Positions 26,097-40,466 of a DNA stretch of 64,000 bases are shown here, in pieces. The stretch lies in the NCBI GenBank assembly GCA_004022145.1, contig RCNU01000008.1; one strand, given 5' to 3'. This DNA is from Paecilomyces variotii (taxonomy: Eukaryota). A program made the position numbers and the translations under genes. The notes under the pieces are model-generated. The model saw only the letters and a program-made list of their open reading frames with translations, did no database searches and was not told where the DNA came from. Numbering within the stretch: position 1 is the first letter of the stretch; every line of letters starts with the position of its first letter.

Positions 26097-26287
26097 GATA
26101 TATGTATCTGGATGCCGAATGATTGTAGCATGTCGGCGATGATATTCGTTATCAAGGCCTATCAACGATATCTAGTTATCTCCTGTATGGTTGGAAGCTG
26201 TCAGGGCGCTAATCGCGACCTTCTGGTCTAGCCCCGGTGCAGATCGTACCCGTGCGCCAGTAAAATGTTTGTCTGTTGACTGATAAG
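26097..26287. promoter_or_regulatory. Cluster of GATA cores upstream of the DUR3-like gene (candidate AreA/NIT2 sites)
   Basis: About 8 GATA/TATC cores within ~190 bp, 100-300 bp upstream of the ATG. Fungal urea transporters are known targets of nitrogen catabolite repression. Confidence 0.55.
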
Positions 26288-26659
26288 AAACTGAAAACGA
26301 GAAAAAGAGACGCGATCGGGACTGTTGACTTGGAAGTACTACCGACCTCCCTAATCGGGTGATGCCTTAAGAGGAACCCGCTCGACTAGCTACCGAATCT
26401 ACGGGATAGATATACATTCTCCGACTCTCTGAAGTGCGGCAAGACGTCTCTCATAGTCAAACGGTGCACTGAACGGTACATAGATGTCGCTACAGTAGTC
26501 ATTATTGCCAAGCTGCGAAGGGTGTGAGCTCGGTATGGCCATTGCACTAACCATGAATACATACAAGTACATGCCGTCTAGAGTCCGATGCTTCAGAAAA
26601 TAAGGCCTTTGATACCGATGCATCGGTACGGCCCGTAGAATGACCTCCCCATGCGCCAA

Positions 26660-27974
26660 TTACTTCCAGAGCTTGCCCAGAGAAACCTCCTTGTCGTCAT
26701 GCTTGTTGAGAATCTTAGCTGTCGCCAGCTCGAAGTCCTCTTGCGTCACGTGTACACGCCGCTCACGCAGCGCATACATACCTGCCTCAGTGCACACACC
26801 CTTAAGCTCAGCGCCTGAACAGCCGTTCATCTTCTCTGCGATCTTGGACAGGTTGATACCTCGAGTGAGGTTCATCGACCGCGAGTGAATACGCAGAATG
26901 TCCGCACGAGCCTCCACCCTGTTGAAATAGTCAGCATATACCATGAAATCAAGAGAGTACAAACAAGATGTACGAAACGGATCAGGACGACTCACGTTGG
27001 CGGGGGGAATTCAATCTTTCGGTCGATACGTCCCGGTCGCAAGAGGGCTGGGTCGAGAATATCGAGTCGGTTGGTGGCCATGATGACCTTGATATTCTTG
27101 GTAGGTTCAAATCCGTCGAGCTGGTTCAGCAGCTCCAACATAGTACGCTGCACCTCCGAGTCACCTCCGCTGCTACCTTCCACACGGCTCGAACCGATAC
27201 TGTCGATCTCGTCCATGAAGATGATACTGGGCGCATGCTCTCGCGCCATCACGAACAGCTCGCGCACCATTCGACTACCTTCACCAATGTACTTCTGCAC
27301 CAGCTCCGATCCACTCACTCTGATGAACTTGCAGTCTGTGTGGTGGGCGACAGCTCGAGCCAGGAGGGTCTTACCCGTTCCGGGCGGACCATAGAGCAGC
27401 ACACCCTTGGGCTGTGCGATACCAAGTGACTCGAACAGTTCCGGGTGCTTCAGACCCAGTTCGATGACCTCTTTGATCTCCTTGATCTGCTGATCTAGAC
27501 CTCCGATCATGTCGTATGTACTGTCGGGCACCTTCTCCACCATCATCAGAGAGACCAGAGGATCCACTGAGGAAGGTAGCATCTTCTCCAGTTTGTATGA
27601 ATCCGACAGCAGTGACACTCGCTTTCCGACTGTCAGTTTCGCGATATCAACGCCGTCCGCGATATCGACCACTAGATGGGGCGGATACATGTCAGCCAGA
27701 TCTTGCACTGAGTCCCCCCGAGGCCAGCAACACACTCACCATATTTGCCCTCCGGGTGTACCTTCACCAGCACCTTCTTGGTGCTCATGACCTTGACCAC
27801 TTCGCCGACATAGGAACCGGGTTGCTGGAGTAGGCCCAGTTCTTCTCGTAGCAGGCGCACTCTCGAGTTGTAGTCATTTCGCTGCGCCTCTAATCGTCGT
27901 AGAACCGCCTGTCCCTGAATAATCTCGAGCTTGAGGCCCTCAATCTTGTTGCGATAGTAGTTGTCGAGAGCCAT
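26660..27974 (-). CDS. RPT6: 26S proteasome AAA-ATPase regulatory subunit 8
   Basis: [42 protein letters not shown]-terminus KLWK. Two introns. Confidence 0.97.
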
Positions 27975-28841
27975 GATGGGCGGCGGATGGCAAGGGAGAC
28001 AGGCTGCGGGCAGTTGGAGATGAGTTCGATAGGAACTACTAGGAAAGCCCAGGCTGATTGCCAGAGGCGGGATCGTAGCACTGCAAGGCCTCACTGGAGA
28101 GTCAGGCCAAGGACGGGGATGGCGGGGTCGTAACAAAAGCGTGGGCGTGAAAGCTGTCAGTCAACAGCGGGCTGGCGTGTCTGGTCGGATGAAGCTAGAT
28201 AGGCGAGCAGCAAGCAAGCAAGCTGGAAGCTGGTCGAGCGTCTTCACCAGCCACAGTTGCTGACATAACATAGTGCATCACCTGCGGTGGCTTGAACTGA
28301 TGTGGCTTGACGGAACTGTCATAGTTGCCTCTTCGGGACTAGCGGCAGGCCGTCCAGGTGACCCAATCGCCCAATCGCAGATCGCGATGGCGGCAGCTGA
28401 GCTGAGCCTATCGGGCTGTTGTTGATGCCTCCAGCCAAGTCCATGCGCTGCTACTGTCTTCTCCATCCTGTCTGACTTGCATCTGGGAGCTCCGCATGCC
28501 CAGGTCTCGTGCGACTGCAGGAATATGCGTCATCTTGCCTCCAGAGGTATATAGTATTATCGAGTCCAGGTGTCAATAATAACTGCTTATCTGCTTAGTT
28601 TGGTCGCTGAGATAACCGCGTCCTGCGATATTCGCGACGGAGAATAAGTCGACTGGAGCTGGCTGAGTGATCTGCTGAAGAACGCCCCCGCAACATGTAC
28701 ATTGGGCCTTTAGGGTCGACTATCGCCGGTTCTTTCTAACGGCGTGGCCATTGGACACTCACGCTGTGCGTCCCTCTTTGACTCGTGTCCTCCTGCCCTA
28801 AGGCTGTTGCTTGACTACAAGACGACACGAGTGCCAGCACG

Positions 28842-31800
28842 ATGACGACGGAAGGAAGCGACGCCTCCTCTGTGGAATCCCATGGACACTCTTTCAGATC
28901 CTCTGAGGCACCCCGTTTCTCGTCTATTGTACGGGCAGACGATGAACAGTCTCCGGACATGGCTCGTCCAGCCAGGTCCGCTGAGAGAACAAGGCCGAAT
29001 TATGGTATCTTTTTTCCCATTATCTCTCTTGCTCATTCTTCTCTTCATTACAGAGCTGACGCCCTTTTCTTCTTTTCCAAATCATAGGATCCATTGGACC
29101 TTCAAGTTCAAGTATTCAAGAATCTTGTACGGATCGAGACCCGCAAGATGCCTTCCAGTCCTCTTCTGGCCGTGGTCAGCCGTCGCAATCGCCCTCCATA
29201 GCGCCGATGCAGGCGGATAGAGCGCGGAAGCCTGCCGTGTTGCGTCGGATGTCATCAAAGAAGCCAGGACCCCATCGAGGGCAGGAATTCTCGACAGACG
29301 ACGATATCGCGGAGGTCGTACAGGATACCTCATTGCCGCAAGCAGCGATCCCTGAGGCTTCCCCTAGAATGCGTCCTCTAAGAGAAAGGAGCTCCACCAT
29401 TAGGCGCAGAGGGAACGCAACACCCAGCGCGCTGGCACGACATGAGTCGAGTCGGAACGTCGACACAGAGCCTGGGCCAGATGAACCTGATATAGATGAC
29501 TCTGGCGAGCCATCATCCTCACGAGGACAAGAGGACGACCAGCGGGAAGAGGGTGATAGCAGCGATGCGGAGAGCTTCACATTAAAAGATCGCCAGGATG
29601 CGATCAACGAAACACACCCGTTTGGGATCAGATTATGGAAACCTGCCCTTTACAAAAAGAATCGGTCCGTCGATAAGACTGCAGAAGGTGACATCCATTC
29701 GTCACCCGGAGGTCGCGTGAACAATCTCTTGTTCTTGGTCAACTTACTATGGACATTGTTCTTTGGATGGTGGCTTGCGATCGCCGCATTCATAGGCGCT
29801 ATCGCCTGTTTCCTCTTCGCTTTTGCGCCCAGCGCCGTGGCTTATGGAAAGGTATTTTTGGGACTCTCGCGCTACTTAATCTATCCTTTTGGATCGTTTG
29901 TACGCCTGGACGCCGACGAGAACTACGCGGAAGAAGATGAGGGCGAAGGCCGCAGCATCAGCGAATACGAACAGTGGCAGAGCGGTGACATCGAACATGG
30001 CCGGCTGTTCTTTGGCCCCCCTAGCAATAGATCCCTTATTGGCCGTCGTAGGAACAGTATCGACTCCGCCATCAGTGAACATGACAGTCTTCTTGGGCGG
30101 CCCAGGAGAGGCGAGCACCGCGAGCGAGCCTATTCCCATGCGAAGCGCCGTCTGTTCGGCCGTGGGGAGTGGACGCTTGGTCGTGTTGTGTTTTTCACAT
30201 TCTACTACTTCCTCGTCGGCCCGCTAATGCTTGCTGTCTCTCTCGTGTGCTGGATGCTTGTCTTCTGGATTCCTATGGGACGCGTCATGCTCATTCTGTT
30301 CGACCATCTTCGTCGACATCCTTTGGCTCTGTCGTTCCACTCTGATACAACATCCTCAAGGTCGAGTTCGTCATCTTCGATTCTCCTCTGCACGTACCGT
30401 GCTGCAGGGACCCGGTATTGGAAATATACTGTGGATGGAACCAATATCTTCTTCATAAATCTTCTGGGAGTGGTGCTTTTCGTCATTGTCGATTACTGGA
30501 TTCTGGGCGTAACTCTCGGAATCGACTCGTGGTTGACTCACCCAGGTCTAATATTTACTCTCGCGCTTATCTCGATCATACCTCTTGCATATTTCATCGG
30601 TCAGGCCGTGGCATCTATCTCAGCCCAGTCGTCCATGGGTCTGGGTGCGGCTATTAACGCTTTTTTCTCCACTATCGTCGAGGTCTACCTATACTGCGTT
30701 GCCCTGAGTGAAGGTAAAGCCCAGCTTGTCGAAGGTAGCATTATAGGTAGTATTTTCGCGGGTATCTTGTTTCTCCCAGGATTATCTATGTGTTTTGGAG
30801 CTATTAAACGCAAGACCCAAAGGTTCAATGTTAAGTCGGCTGGTGTTACCTCGACCATGCTGCTATTTGCGGTCATTGCCGCATTTGGGCCCACACTGTT
30901 CTACCAAATTTATGGTAGTGTAAGTGACAATGATTCCTAGATCCATCCTGACGGTTGCTGACAAGGATATTTCTGTTGTAGCACGAGCTCAATTGTCGAT
31001 CATGCGTGAATCCAGGTCGCAGGGAAAGAGACTGCCGTCGTTGTTACTTTTCTCAGGTCCCGGCCGTCAACGATAAATTCTTTATCAAGGCCGTCCAGCC
31101 CTATTCGTGGTTTTCGGCAGTATTTCTCTTCTTGTCATACGTTATCGGTCTTTGGTTTACTCTCAGGACTCATGCCGCCCTCATCTGGGCCACGGAAAAT
31201 GACGAAAAGAAGGCGGCAAACTCTGCCATGGAGTCGTCACTATACGATGGCCGAATTCACGAGCTCGCCAATGGACCCCACCCGACAAGCAGCAGCAGCA
31301 GCAATCTGCATAAGAATTCCATCCGAGATTCGCAGTTGTATAAGCGCATTCTGGGCCAATCCTTGAGACAGGTTGGTCTATCAGACGGCAACCTGGAGGG
31401 TAGCTGGACACACAGTGATACCACCACTATGCCCGAGAATCTCACCCCGCATGTCGTACCTCCCAGGGGCGGTGATGATGACGACTTCCATTCCGGACTG
31501 AACCTCCGTGGCCTCTCTGATGAAGAAAACGAGCGTCTCGCGCGTCAAGTAGCCGAAGTAGCTGCAACTGCTGCAGCGGTCGCGGCCCGTGATGCCACCC
31601 GGTCTCGAAAGCCATCCTTTGTGCCGCATGGCGGAGGGCGTCAAGGGCCTCGACATGCTCCTGAGCGTCCAACAACCGGTCCTGAGGAGCATGAAGACAT
31701 GGGTATCGCCCTTGACCATGGTCAGTCCAGTGGTGGGCACGATGCTCCAAACTGGAGCAAAGCCAAGAGTTCCATTATTCTCTTGGTCGCCACATTCATG

Positions 31801-32478
31801 TACGCTGTCATAGCTGAGATGCTTGTCCGTACTGTGGACGTGGTCTTGCAGAGCATAGATATCGACGAGAAATTCCTTGGTATCACCTTGTTCGCGCTAG
31901 TGCCGAACACTACTGAGTTTCTGGTATGGCATCTCCTCCCGCCAGTTCGTGAAGATATTCGATGCAGAAACTGACGTATATAATCACAGAACGCTATTTC
32001 TTTTGCAATGAATGGGAACATTGCCTTGTCCATGGAGATAGGCTCTGCCTATGCTCTGCAAGTGTGCCTCTTACAGATTCCAGCGCTCGTCCTCTTCAGT
32101 GCTGTCCATTCGCGATTCATCGAGCCGTCGGAGCTCCTGAGCCATTCATTCAAGTAAGATATTACCAAAGCCCAATCAATCCAGTGACACCGTGATACTA
32201 ACCAACAACCCAGTCTGATCTTCCCGCAGTGGGACATGGTTACAGTTATCCTCTGTGTCTTTCTACTCTCGTACGTATACGGAGAGGGCAAGAGCAACTA
32301 CTTCAAGGGCTCCATTCTCGTTCTTACTTATCTCACCGTTGTGATCGGCTTCTATCTATCTGGGTACAACACCATGGAGACGATGGAAGTTGATCAATTC
32401 AACACCTTGGCTGTGGACCAGGGCTATTGCGAGACATTTCGCACTCTAGGAAGGGGTTCTAGCGGCCCTGCCTACTGA
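28842..32478 (+). CDS. VNX1: Vacuolar cation/H+ exchanger with YccF-like segment (Vnx1/type II CAX-like)
   Basis: NLLWTLFFGWWLA..YPFG segment; GAAINAFFSTIVE, GSIIGSI, LVPNTTEFL|NAISFAMNGNI, EGKSNYFKGS. Four GT-AG introns. Confidence 0.85.
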
Positions 32479-33340
32479 TCTGTCTGAACCCAGCTCAAAG
32501 AGAGAGAAAAAAATAAGTACAAAAAAAACAAAGGGACACTATTTATCGAGACCCGCCCCATAAAGCAAAAAGAGCCTTGATGATATTTTTTATCAGTATG
32601 ACGCATATGAGATTTTGTTTCATTTTATGCAATCTCTGTTCTCTTGTGTTGTTTTATCTAATCTTGCATGGTGCGGGGTTTGTTTCTCTGCTTTCTTTTT
32701 TCTTGCCCGTGGCGTTTATTATCTTGTTGTCTTTTTCTACAAATATTCTTATTCTCGCTGCATCTTTTTGCATTGAAAATCTATGTGTCTTTTTTTTTAG
32801 TCCATTTCCATGCATGTTTCTGGGCCATTGTCAATCTAAATGAAAAGCGTCTTCCTATACTGACTGGTGCATGTATGTATGTGTGTATATGTGTGTGTGT
32901 TGGAGGGAGAGCTGTGTCTTTTTTTTTACATAACAAAGCATTATTATTATTATCATTATTACTATTGTGCTTTTCTCTTCTTTTTTTATCTTATTTTATT
33001 TTAATTTTTGGCCTTTTTCTCTAAATGATATCCCTGTAATTCCCTACATACATATCAGAGAGAGTCTGCTTAATTGAATGCGATGATCCACTTATAACTA
33101 TCGCATACTTTCCTAGAACTTTGCTCTGAAGGTGTAAAATTGTAAAAGAAGAGAGGAAGAAGGCTGCGCAAACTCCGATTAATTGCATATCAACCCCCGA
33201 AATAACATTTCCCCACTAGTTAACTATTATACTATGACTATACTATATATGTACTGTCGGCTATTATCCGCTTCATGATGCATTCATTATACTGGTTATC
33301 CTGATCCATAATACTAACCGTGACGTATTTCTGCATTCGT

Positions 33341-35332
33341 TTATTTCGTTTCTTTGAAGACTTCGTCCACCTTGCTGCGGAATTCTCGCTGCCTGTAGCA
33401 TTGCTCCAGGAACACTTCATATTTGACCTTCAGCAGCGCCTTCTCGCGCTCATCCGTGGTGGGATCGACTTTCTTGCCGGGCTTGCTCATCCGGTCCATG
33501 ATGGACCACAGATCTTCCGTCTTGCCCTCGGGGTCTGCGCTGGCTGCCTTGGCGCCCAGCATGGCAGCACCATGGCACACGGCGGCGTGAACATAACGGG
33601 GGATCAGAACGGGCATCTCACATGCGGAGGCAATCAGCTTGACCAGGATGTCGTTCTGGCATTGAGATCCGGACATGAAGATGGAGGTGAGGACATGACC
33701 GGCCTTGTTCATCTCCTCGATGATCTGCTTCGTCTGCAAAGCGATGAATTCTAGCGTCGCGTAGTAGTACAACGCAAGTCCGTCGATCGACTTATCAGCG
33801 GACAGACCGACGATGGAGCCTGACATGCGCGGATCCGCGATGGGAGAGCGGTTACCCCACAGGTCACCGTAGAAGAAGATATGTCGGCCCAGATACGAGA
33901 TGCTTGGGGCGTTCTGCTCATGCATCATCTCCTTCAGGTGCTCGTTCAGATAGTCGTAAATGTTCGTATGATACGATTCGGCGATCGAAATGGCCTGGTT
34001 GAATGCCGGGTGCGTCTCGATAACGTGCTTCAGCAGTTCACCCGTAGCAGACTGTCCACCTTCAGCCATCCAATATCCGGGAATGATAGTGTCCTTGTAC
34101 GGACCCCAGACTCCTGGGACAAAGACCGGGTTCGGAGACATGGCCAAATGACATGTCGACGTTCCTGCAACGGCAGCCAGACGGCCGAACGCCTGCGTCC
34201 GGTCGTTTTTCGCAACATCGGCCGCCAACTGTTCCTCGTCCAGGCTGACCTTGGCGCCGACAGTACCGATCCAACCGGCATAGGCATCGATCACACCGCT
34301 GCCGATGGCAATACCCGGCGGCAGGCCGAGTTCGTTGGCGGCCTTCTCGCACAGCGTGCCGACCAGTTCTCCTGCACTGAGGTATTCACCATTCTTCTCA
34401 CAGTTAGCTAGCATGCACTTCCAAAGGGACCAAGGTATAGAAGATAAGTGAAAGGAAAGGGCTCACCACCCCCTGGACGCCGCCCATGCGCTTGAAATCA
34501 TCCTCAACTAGGTCCTCCAGACCGATTTCTCGGAGGAAGTCTTCCTGCCAGCCCTTGACACTGCCGTCGACACCGACGGGGACATAACCCTGCTTGCAGA
34601 CAACGCTGCAGAAGCTTCTCTTTTCCGTGCCCGTGGCAATGTGTGTCAGGGCATCCGCCAGGTCGTAGAACTTGCAGCGGTCAAAGAGCTCCTTGGGCAT
34701 GTGGTTCTTCAACCACAGTACCTTGGGAATCTCCATCTCGATGGACATCTTGCCTCCGACATAGCGGAGTAGGTTGTGGTTCGTAGCATTGATCTTCTCG
34801 GTTTCCTCGACAGGACGGTGGTCCAGCCACAGGATGACGTTACGGTCTGTATCGAACTTGGGGCCGGTCACAGAGACGGGCTCATCGGTGTCCTCCGCGA
34901 AGACGGCCAGCGAGCAAGTGGCGTCGAAACCAATACCGCGGACGTGAGTTGGGTCAATGTTGTGCTGGTCAATGGCACGCTGCACGGAGACACAGATGCA
35001 TCGCCAGATATCCGATGTGGATTGTTCCTGGGAAAAAAAAGAAAATGACCGCGTCAGTATCAGTAGTCCTGGAAGATTTGGACCATGGCGACATCTAAGG
35101 AAAAATGAGAAGAAGCACGTACATAGTAGCCAGTCTGCGGCTGCCAGAGGCCAATATTCTCAGAGGCCAATCCGACGATATCACCCTTGTTGTTGATGAT
35201 ACAGGCACGGGCACTGCCTGTTCCAACGTCGATACCGATGTAGTAATCCATCTGGACCTGGATCTCATCTCTGGGGTCTCTCGACATCTGCCGCGAGGAC
35301 TGACGGCGGTAGGGAAGCGAAGAGGTCGCCAT
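33341..35332 (-). CDS. FGGY-family carbohydrate kinase (D-ribulokinase-like)
   Basis: YYIGIDVGTGSARAC, GFDATCSL, WLDHR, VAGTSTCH, EGGQSATG, GNRSP. Two introns. Confidence 0.92.
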
Positions 35333-36432
35333 GGCTTTGTTTTTATTCTTGTCGATTAGAGTCCGGTCTGTCCTCTGTGAGCTTCTTGCAACCAGGGCAG
35401 GCGCCCACTGGGACGTCTACGGACCGTTCGGAAATGACGAGGACGAGTCTGCTGTTGACTTGTGAGATGTCTGAGTACCGCGAGACGTTACGCGAGTACC
35501 ACGGTGACAGTCCCAGATTTGAACGGATCAATTGGTGACAGGAGCTCTGATGTAATTAAAGTTGTACAGTACGACAGGGAGAAGAACAGTGAAGCAGCGA
35601 AACAGAGTAAATCGAAGTAAGTAGTAGTTAGATATAGTAGTTGTAGTAGGAGCTTAGATCTAGAATCTGATGGACGAGAATGGACAACAATTAGTTAACG
35701 GCCGGAAACGGCGAGGGCGGTTGGGACGTCGGAAAGCTCGTATTCTAGATTCTAGAAGATGCAGAATGCCCTGTTGGTTGGTACGACGAGAGGGGCATTT
35801 TTTTTGGCAGGTTGGCTGGCTAACGAGCTATAAGAAACTAACGACTAGATAATATATTAATACACCGGCCCATCGAACTGAGGGGTCACGAGACCAGCCA
35901 GAACAATGCCATAGATTTGTCTGGACTTGGATAGCTTCTCGTGGTGTTTCCTCGGATCGCCAGTCGGTGTGCTGTGGTCCGGTTTGGAGGGGAACGACCG
36001 GCGTCCCCAGTGGCATCGGGATAGGCGTGATTTTGTGATATATATCAGGAGGAGAGTAACAATATCCTTAACTGGTTAATTAATTAATTATAACTCTATA
36101 ACTAAATAACTAATTAATTAATTATCACCAATAAATACCTAGATAATAATACATACTTGCATGGATTCTGCCGCATGTTCTCCTCCGCCTTTTGGCTAAT
36201 TGCGGGGACTCGATGAAGCTCGGGCCAATCTGGGGCGGAAGAATCCCTGGTTCTCGCCTTTCGAATATTACGCTGACCGCCCGCGGAAACCACACATAAC
36301 TCCCCGTATCGTCACGTATCACCTATACCTACTTACATACGCCGACCTCACTGATGATACAGACATACGATAATAAATAACTAACTAATAAGATAGTTGG
36401 TAAAGAAGAATGACCCCCATCCACCTCTCACC

Positions 36433-37186
36433 ATGACGCCTCTTTCAATCCTATATCTCTTCCTCTCCCTCGTCACCGCCGTCCTAGCATCATCTCCTTC
36501 TACCAACCTCCCCTCAGAGATCTTCTACTGGCCCATCACCGCTGCGCAACCTGCTCGCCTCGCTCGTCTCGCATACGACCCATCAACGCTCAAATCCACC
36601 CTCCTCGACTATACTCCTCCCGCAGCCGAACAAGACAAGGACAACAAGCAAAATGACTTGATCCGCATCGGTTTCTTTACCTCAACCCCGACAAACCCGA
36701 AGCAATGGGTCGGTAGTCTCGTGTCTCGATCTGCTCTCGTCAGCGCCGACGAGAAACCCGTCTTCCGGCTTCTGGTCGACTCTCAGAATAATGACTCCTA
36801 TCATGTCTCTATGTCTTCGTCCAAATCCACTCTATCTCCCAAGAACAAGGACACCAACGCTGCTGATCCGGTTGAGATCTTCCGCTCTGAGATCCTGCCT
36901 CGTCCTGCACTGAATAGGCCTGTGGTTGTGAGTCCGGATGGAAAGGGTCCGGAGGAAGTGGTTGAGAAGACTTTGTTTCAGAAGTATGTATTCCCCTCGC
37001 CAGAAACACCTCTCTCTCTATGGGTTGAGTGGTTCTTGGTTTGGTTTGGTTTGGTTTGATTTGGTCAGGCTTGTCTTTGAGAAAAAATAATACTAATACT
37101 TACGTTGTTCTGTTAGGTACTGGTGGGTTTTGCTCATCATCACCTTCCTCGCTATGACGGGAAGTGCAGAGCCGGAGAATAAGTAA
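36433..37186 (+). CDS. Type I ER membrane protein, EMC10-like
   Basis: Signal peptide. Intron 36984..37116 gives the C-terminus EKTLFQK|YWWVLLIITFLAM, with the KYW plus TM signature of EMC10-like proteins. Confidence 0.65.
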
Positions 37187-37876
37187 TTGGTTCTGGTTTT
37201 CTTACATCCCTCCCGTGGTATAGTGGGTTTGTTTTATGGTGTTTTGAATCATGTAGAAATAAAGAATTCTTGCAATAATTATTTTCTTTTCTTTTTTCTT
37301 TCTTTTTGATAGATAGGGAGGTTAACCTATATCTGTAATGGGGACTGGATAGTCCTTTTTCGATTTCGGATCAGATTATGAGGGATGGTCCTTACTTAGT
37401 TATGGTATGGGCAACTGTATAAGTATAACTAACTAACCATGGGATAAGTAAGTAACTATGGGCGGAACCCCAAATCCACTACAGTATGATGGGTTGGTTT
37501 ATATTGTCAAGTCAAGTCAATCTCACAATCTTACGTGGATGAAAAAGGCAAACGATGCCAATGTCAAGATATGGTTACATCTCCATATGAAAAGGGGATT
37601 CTTGTCATTATTCATTGTTTGCAAATCCTCAAAAAAAAGAAAATAAGAGCATATCTTAGTATGAACATGCGACCCTGAATTATCCGACCCTGACCTAGTT
37701 ATCGGATTTTTGTCACCATCCAACAACTCCATACGCCCATGTATCCTTTCTTTTTCTTTTTTCTTTTTTCTTTTTTTTTCTTGCCTGGGGAAAATTATCA
37801 TGTCTGCTGTACATGAATTTGAATTCGATTGCATTATCCCACCCGCTGTAGTAGTGGTAGAAGTAGTTGTAGAAGA

Positions 37877-39671
37877 TCAAACCCGATCACTCTGTACCCA
37901 TGTACCCCCGCGTCCATCCAGGTCCAAACTACGCGTCATCCTCGCTCCTGTTCCCCCTGGTCCAATGTCCCAGTACATGAGTCCACGGTCCGTCACTGCG
38001 AGTAGCTCGTCTTCGCGCGTCGTGAAACTCAGCTTGAAGCAGACCGCGTCCAGCTGGAGCACGATCGGATCCAGGTTGATGACCTTCAAGTCCTCCCGCA
38101 GCTTCGATGAGTCCGGATAGAATCCAGTGGCGTTCTCTTCGATCAGGACCTCGGGCTCGAGCGCCCAGATGTAGACCGTCTTCCAATTGGCAACTGCTAT
38201 CCGGTTCCCGTTCGGTGAGGTTGCGACGATGCAGCCTACGGAGTTCGTTGCCACTGTCTCCTCTGGATAGTGACGCAGTCGTGCCACGACCTTCCAGTCG
38301 GTCAGACGGCGCCCACGATCGAGATTCACTACGTGGCCGCAGTTAACGGCGCGGCAGCGAGCTTCAGCTCTCAGGATACAGGGATATATCGACTGGTTGA
38401 GTCGATCTCTTCCCAGTCCGAATGCAAGATACTTCCAGTCACAGACCGTCACGTTCGTGTTATTGTTCGAGATTCGTGGAATGTCCTGCGTAGCATGCAG
38501 GGCAGCAAATGGAATCCCAATGGAGAACGTGAGAATCAGCTGAGGAGTGAGCCAGCTCCAGGAATAGTTGTGGCGCAGGCGCGATACCATCGAGAGCGTC
38601 CCATTGTCGAGAGATTGATAGTGATCATAGACAGTGCATCCAGTATGGTAATACAACAATTGACTGTCTCGGTCATTGAAGGTCATGTGGCTTACGGCCG
38701 ACCAAGGCCTTGGGTGGAAGCTGGCATGGCTACGTCTTGCCGCATTGTTCACGTTAGCGGGTATATCGCCACCTTCATCAGCGATGACATTCGACACGTA
38801 TCTCAGGCCTAAGGCAACGTTAGCAGTGGGTAACTATCAACTTTGTTTTTTCTTTGCCAAACTTGACCGGTCACGAACAGGTAACTGAGTTCTCCTCCGC
38901 TTGCGCATCGGGAATGCCGTCATACAGTACAACTTCATGCACGCTGCTGTCGTGGCTATGCTGCCAGGAAATGGCGAATTTGTACTTGTTGGCCACAGCG
39001 AGCGCTAGGGGCTCGTATTCGTCATGATCCGTTAGAGAATAAACAGTGAGGTGATCCTCGGACGAGTCAGTCTCGTAATGCACCACATACAGCTCAGGCT
39101 CCGGCGGTGACTGCAACGCCTGTCTGATAAAAGGGTGATGCATATCATCCTCGTTGGTTTCTATCTCAGGGATGAACCGGTGGAGGACAGCAACACTGTT
39201 GTCACTGGCAAAAGCCACTCTGAGGATCTCGATCCGTCCCGGCTGGTCGTAAGGTGGCCGCAAGACTCCTCTCGGGAAAAGCAATCCGTTCCTGGTGAAA
39301 TAGGTACGGACTATCCCGTCCCCTTTGAAAGCCAGCGCCAGATTGACATTACCGGAAGTGGTAATCGCGCAGGCTCGCGGGTCGATGGCTCTTCCTTCGG
39401 CAATATGAAGCGTACGACTAGCACGGGCGTCTGCTCCATATAGGAGTTTTGCTGCACGCTGGCGAAGCAAAAGCCAGAGTTCCTTCGTCTCGAGAGGGTC
39501 TGCTAAGAGGGTCGAGCCAGGGGTCTCTTCCAGATGGTGGATGACCACTTCACGACATCCTGCAGCAGCCTCATAGAGCCTCCGGCAGGAGTAGGCTGCC
39601 TGCAAGTAGCTTGGGGTGTCGGCATAGTAGAAGATCTGCTGTATCAGCTCAACGGGGAGTTGAGACAACAT
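37877..39671 (-). CDS. F-box domain protein
   Basis: N-terminal MLSQLPVELIQQIFYY..SCRRLYE. The beta-rich C-terminal part (SPNGNRIAVANWKTVYIW) is joined via an intron near 38877-38809. Confidence 0.8.
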
Positions 39672-40466
39672 TTTTGGATGCCAGATCTTCTGGTGCTTGA
39701 CATGAATGAGTGAGTGTAAAGTGACAAAAAGAGAAGAAAGCAGTGATCAAGGTGATTTAACAACAATCAAAGCAACGTTTCCGTGGTATTCCGTGTTAAA
39801 GACCCCCGTTAACACGGCGTCAGCGCAGCTTTCACGACTGTTTATATACGGCTCGGCGTTCTAGCACAGCAGACCCCACCTGGCTAACATCGCATAAGTA
39901 GACACTGCTCCAGCCTTGTGGCAGTCCATGTGGAATAGATTTAAAAACCGCAGTAAATAGACAGATTAGTCCAGGCAGAAACGTGCACTGGAAGCGTTGG
40001 GATATCCGGATACATAGCTAGAGGTCCAACTTATGTGGCTCTGGGCGCGGAGATAAACCTCACCATTGGCGGCGGGTCTGGGCGCTGCCTAAATGTCCTA
40101 GGCAATAATGACGGCCAGTGTGGGCAATCAACAATGAAGTGCACCTTAAGTTACTAGATAAGAAGAGAATAATTAACCAGAAATTACAATAATAATTCTT
40201 TTGGATTAATATCTGCAAGTGTGCCCTGTGGAAAGCTAGCTGGATCCAGAGCCACATCCCTGCAGTCCAATACTCTGCTGCTCCTGCAAGATATAATAAT
40301 TAACGCTACACTATGCACACAGAAGCCACTGGAAGAATATCAACAGACTTTGAGAATTAGCAATTCATACACGCCATGAGGGTCATGATTTCTGTGTCCC
40401 TATGCGCCTGCACCGTTTCTTTATACTGCTTTACAAACAATGGGGTATACATCAAATCATCCCGGT

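Noticed and set aside
32577-33024. Hydrophobic Phe/Leu-rich ORFs
   Set aside because: Artefacts of a T-rich 3' UTR with non-ATG starts.
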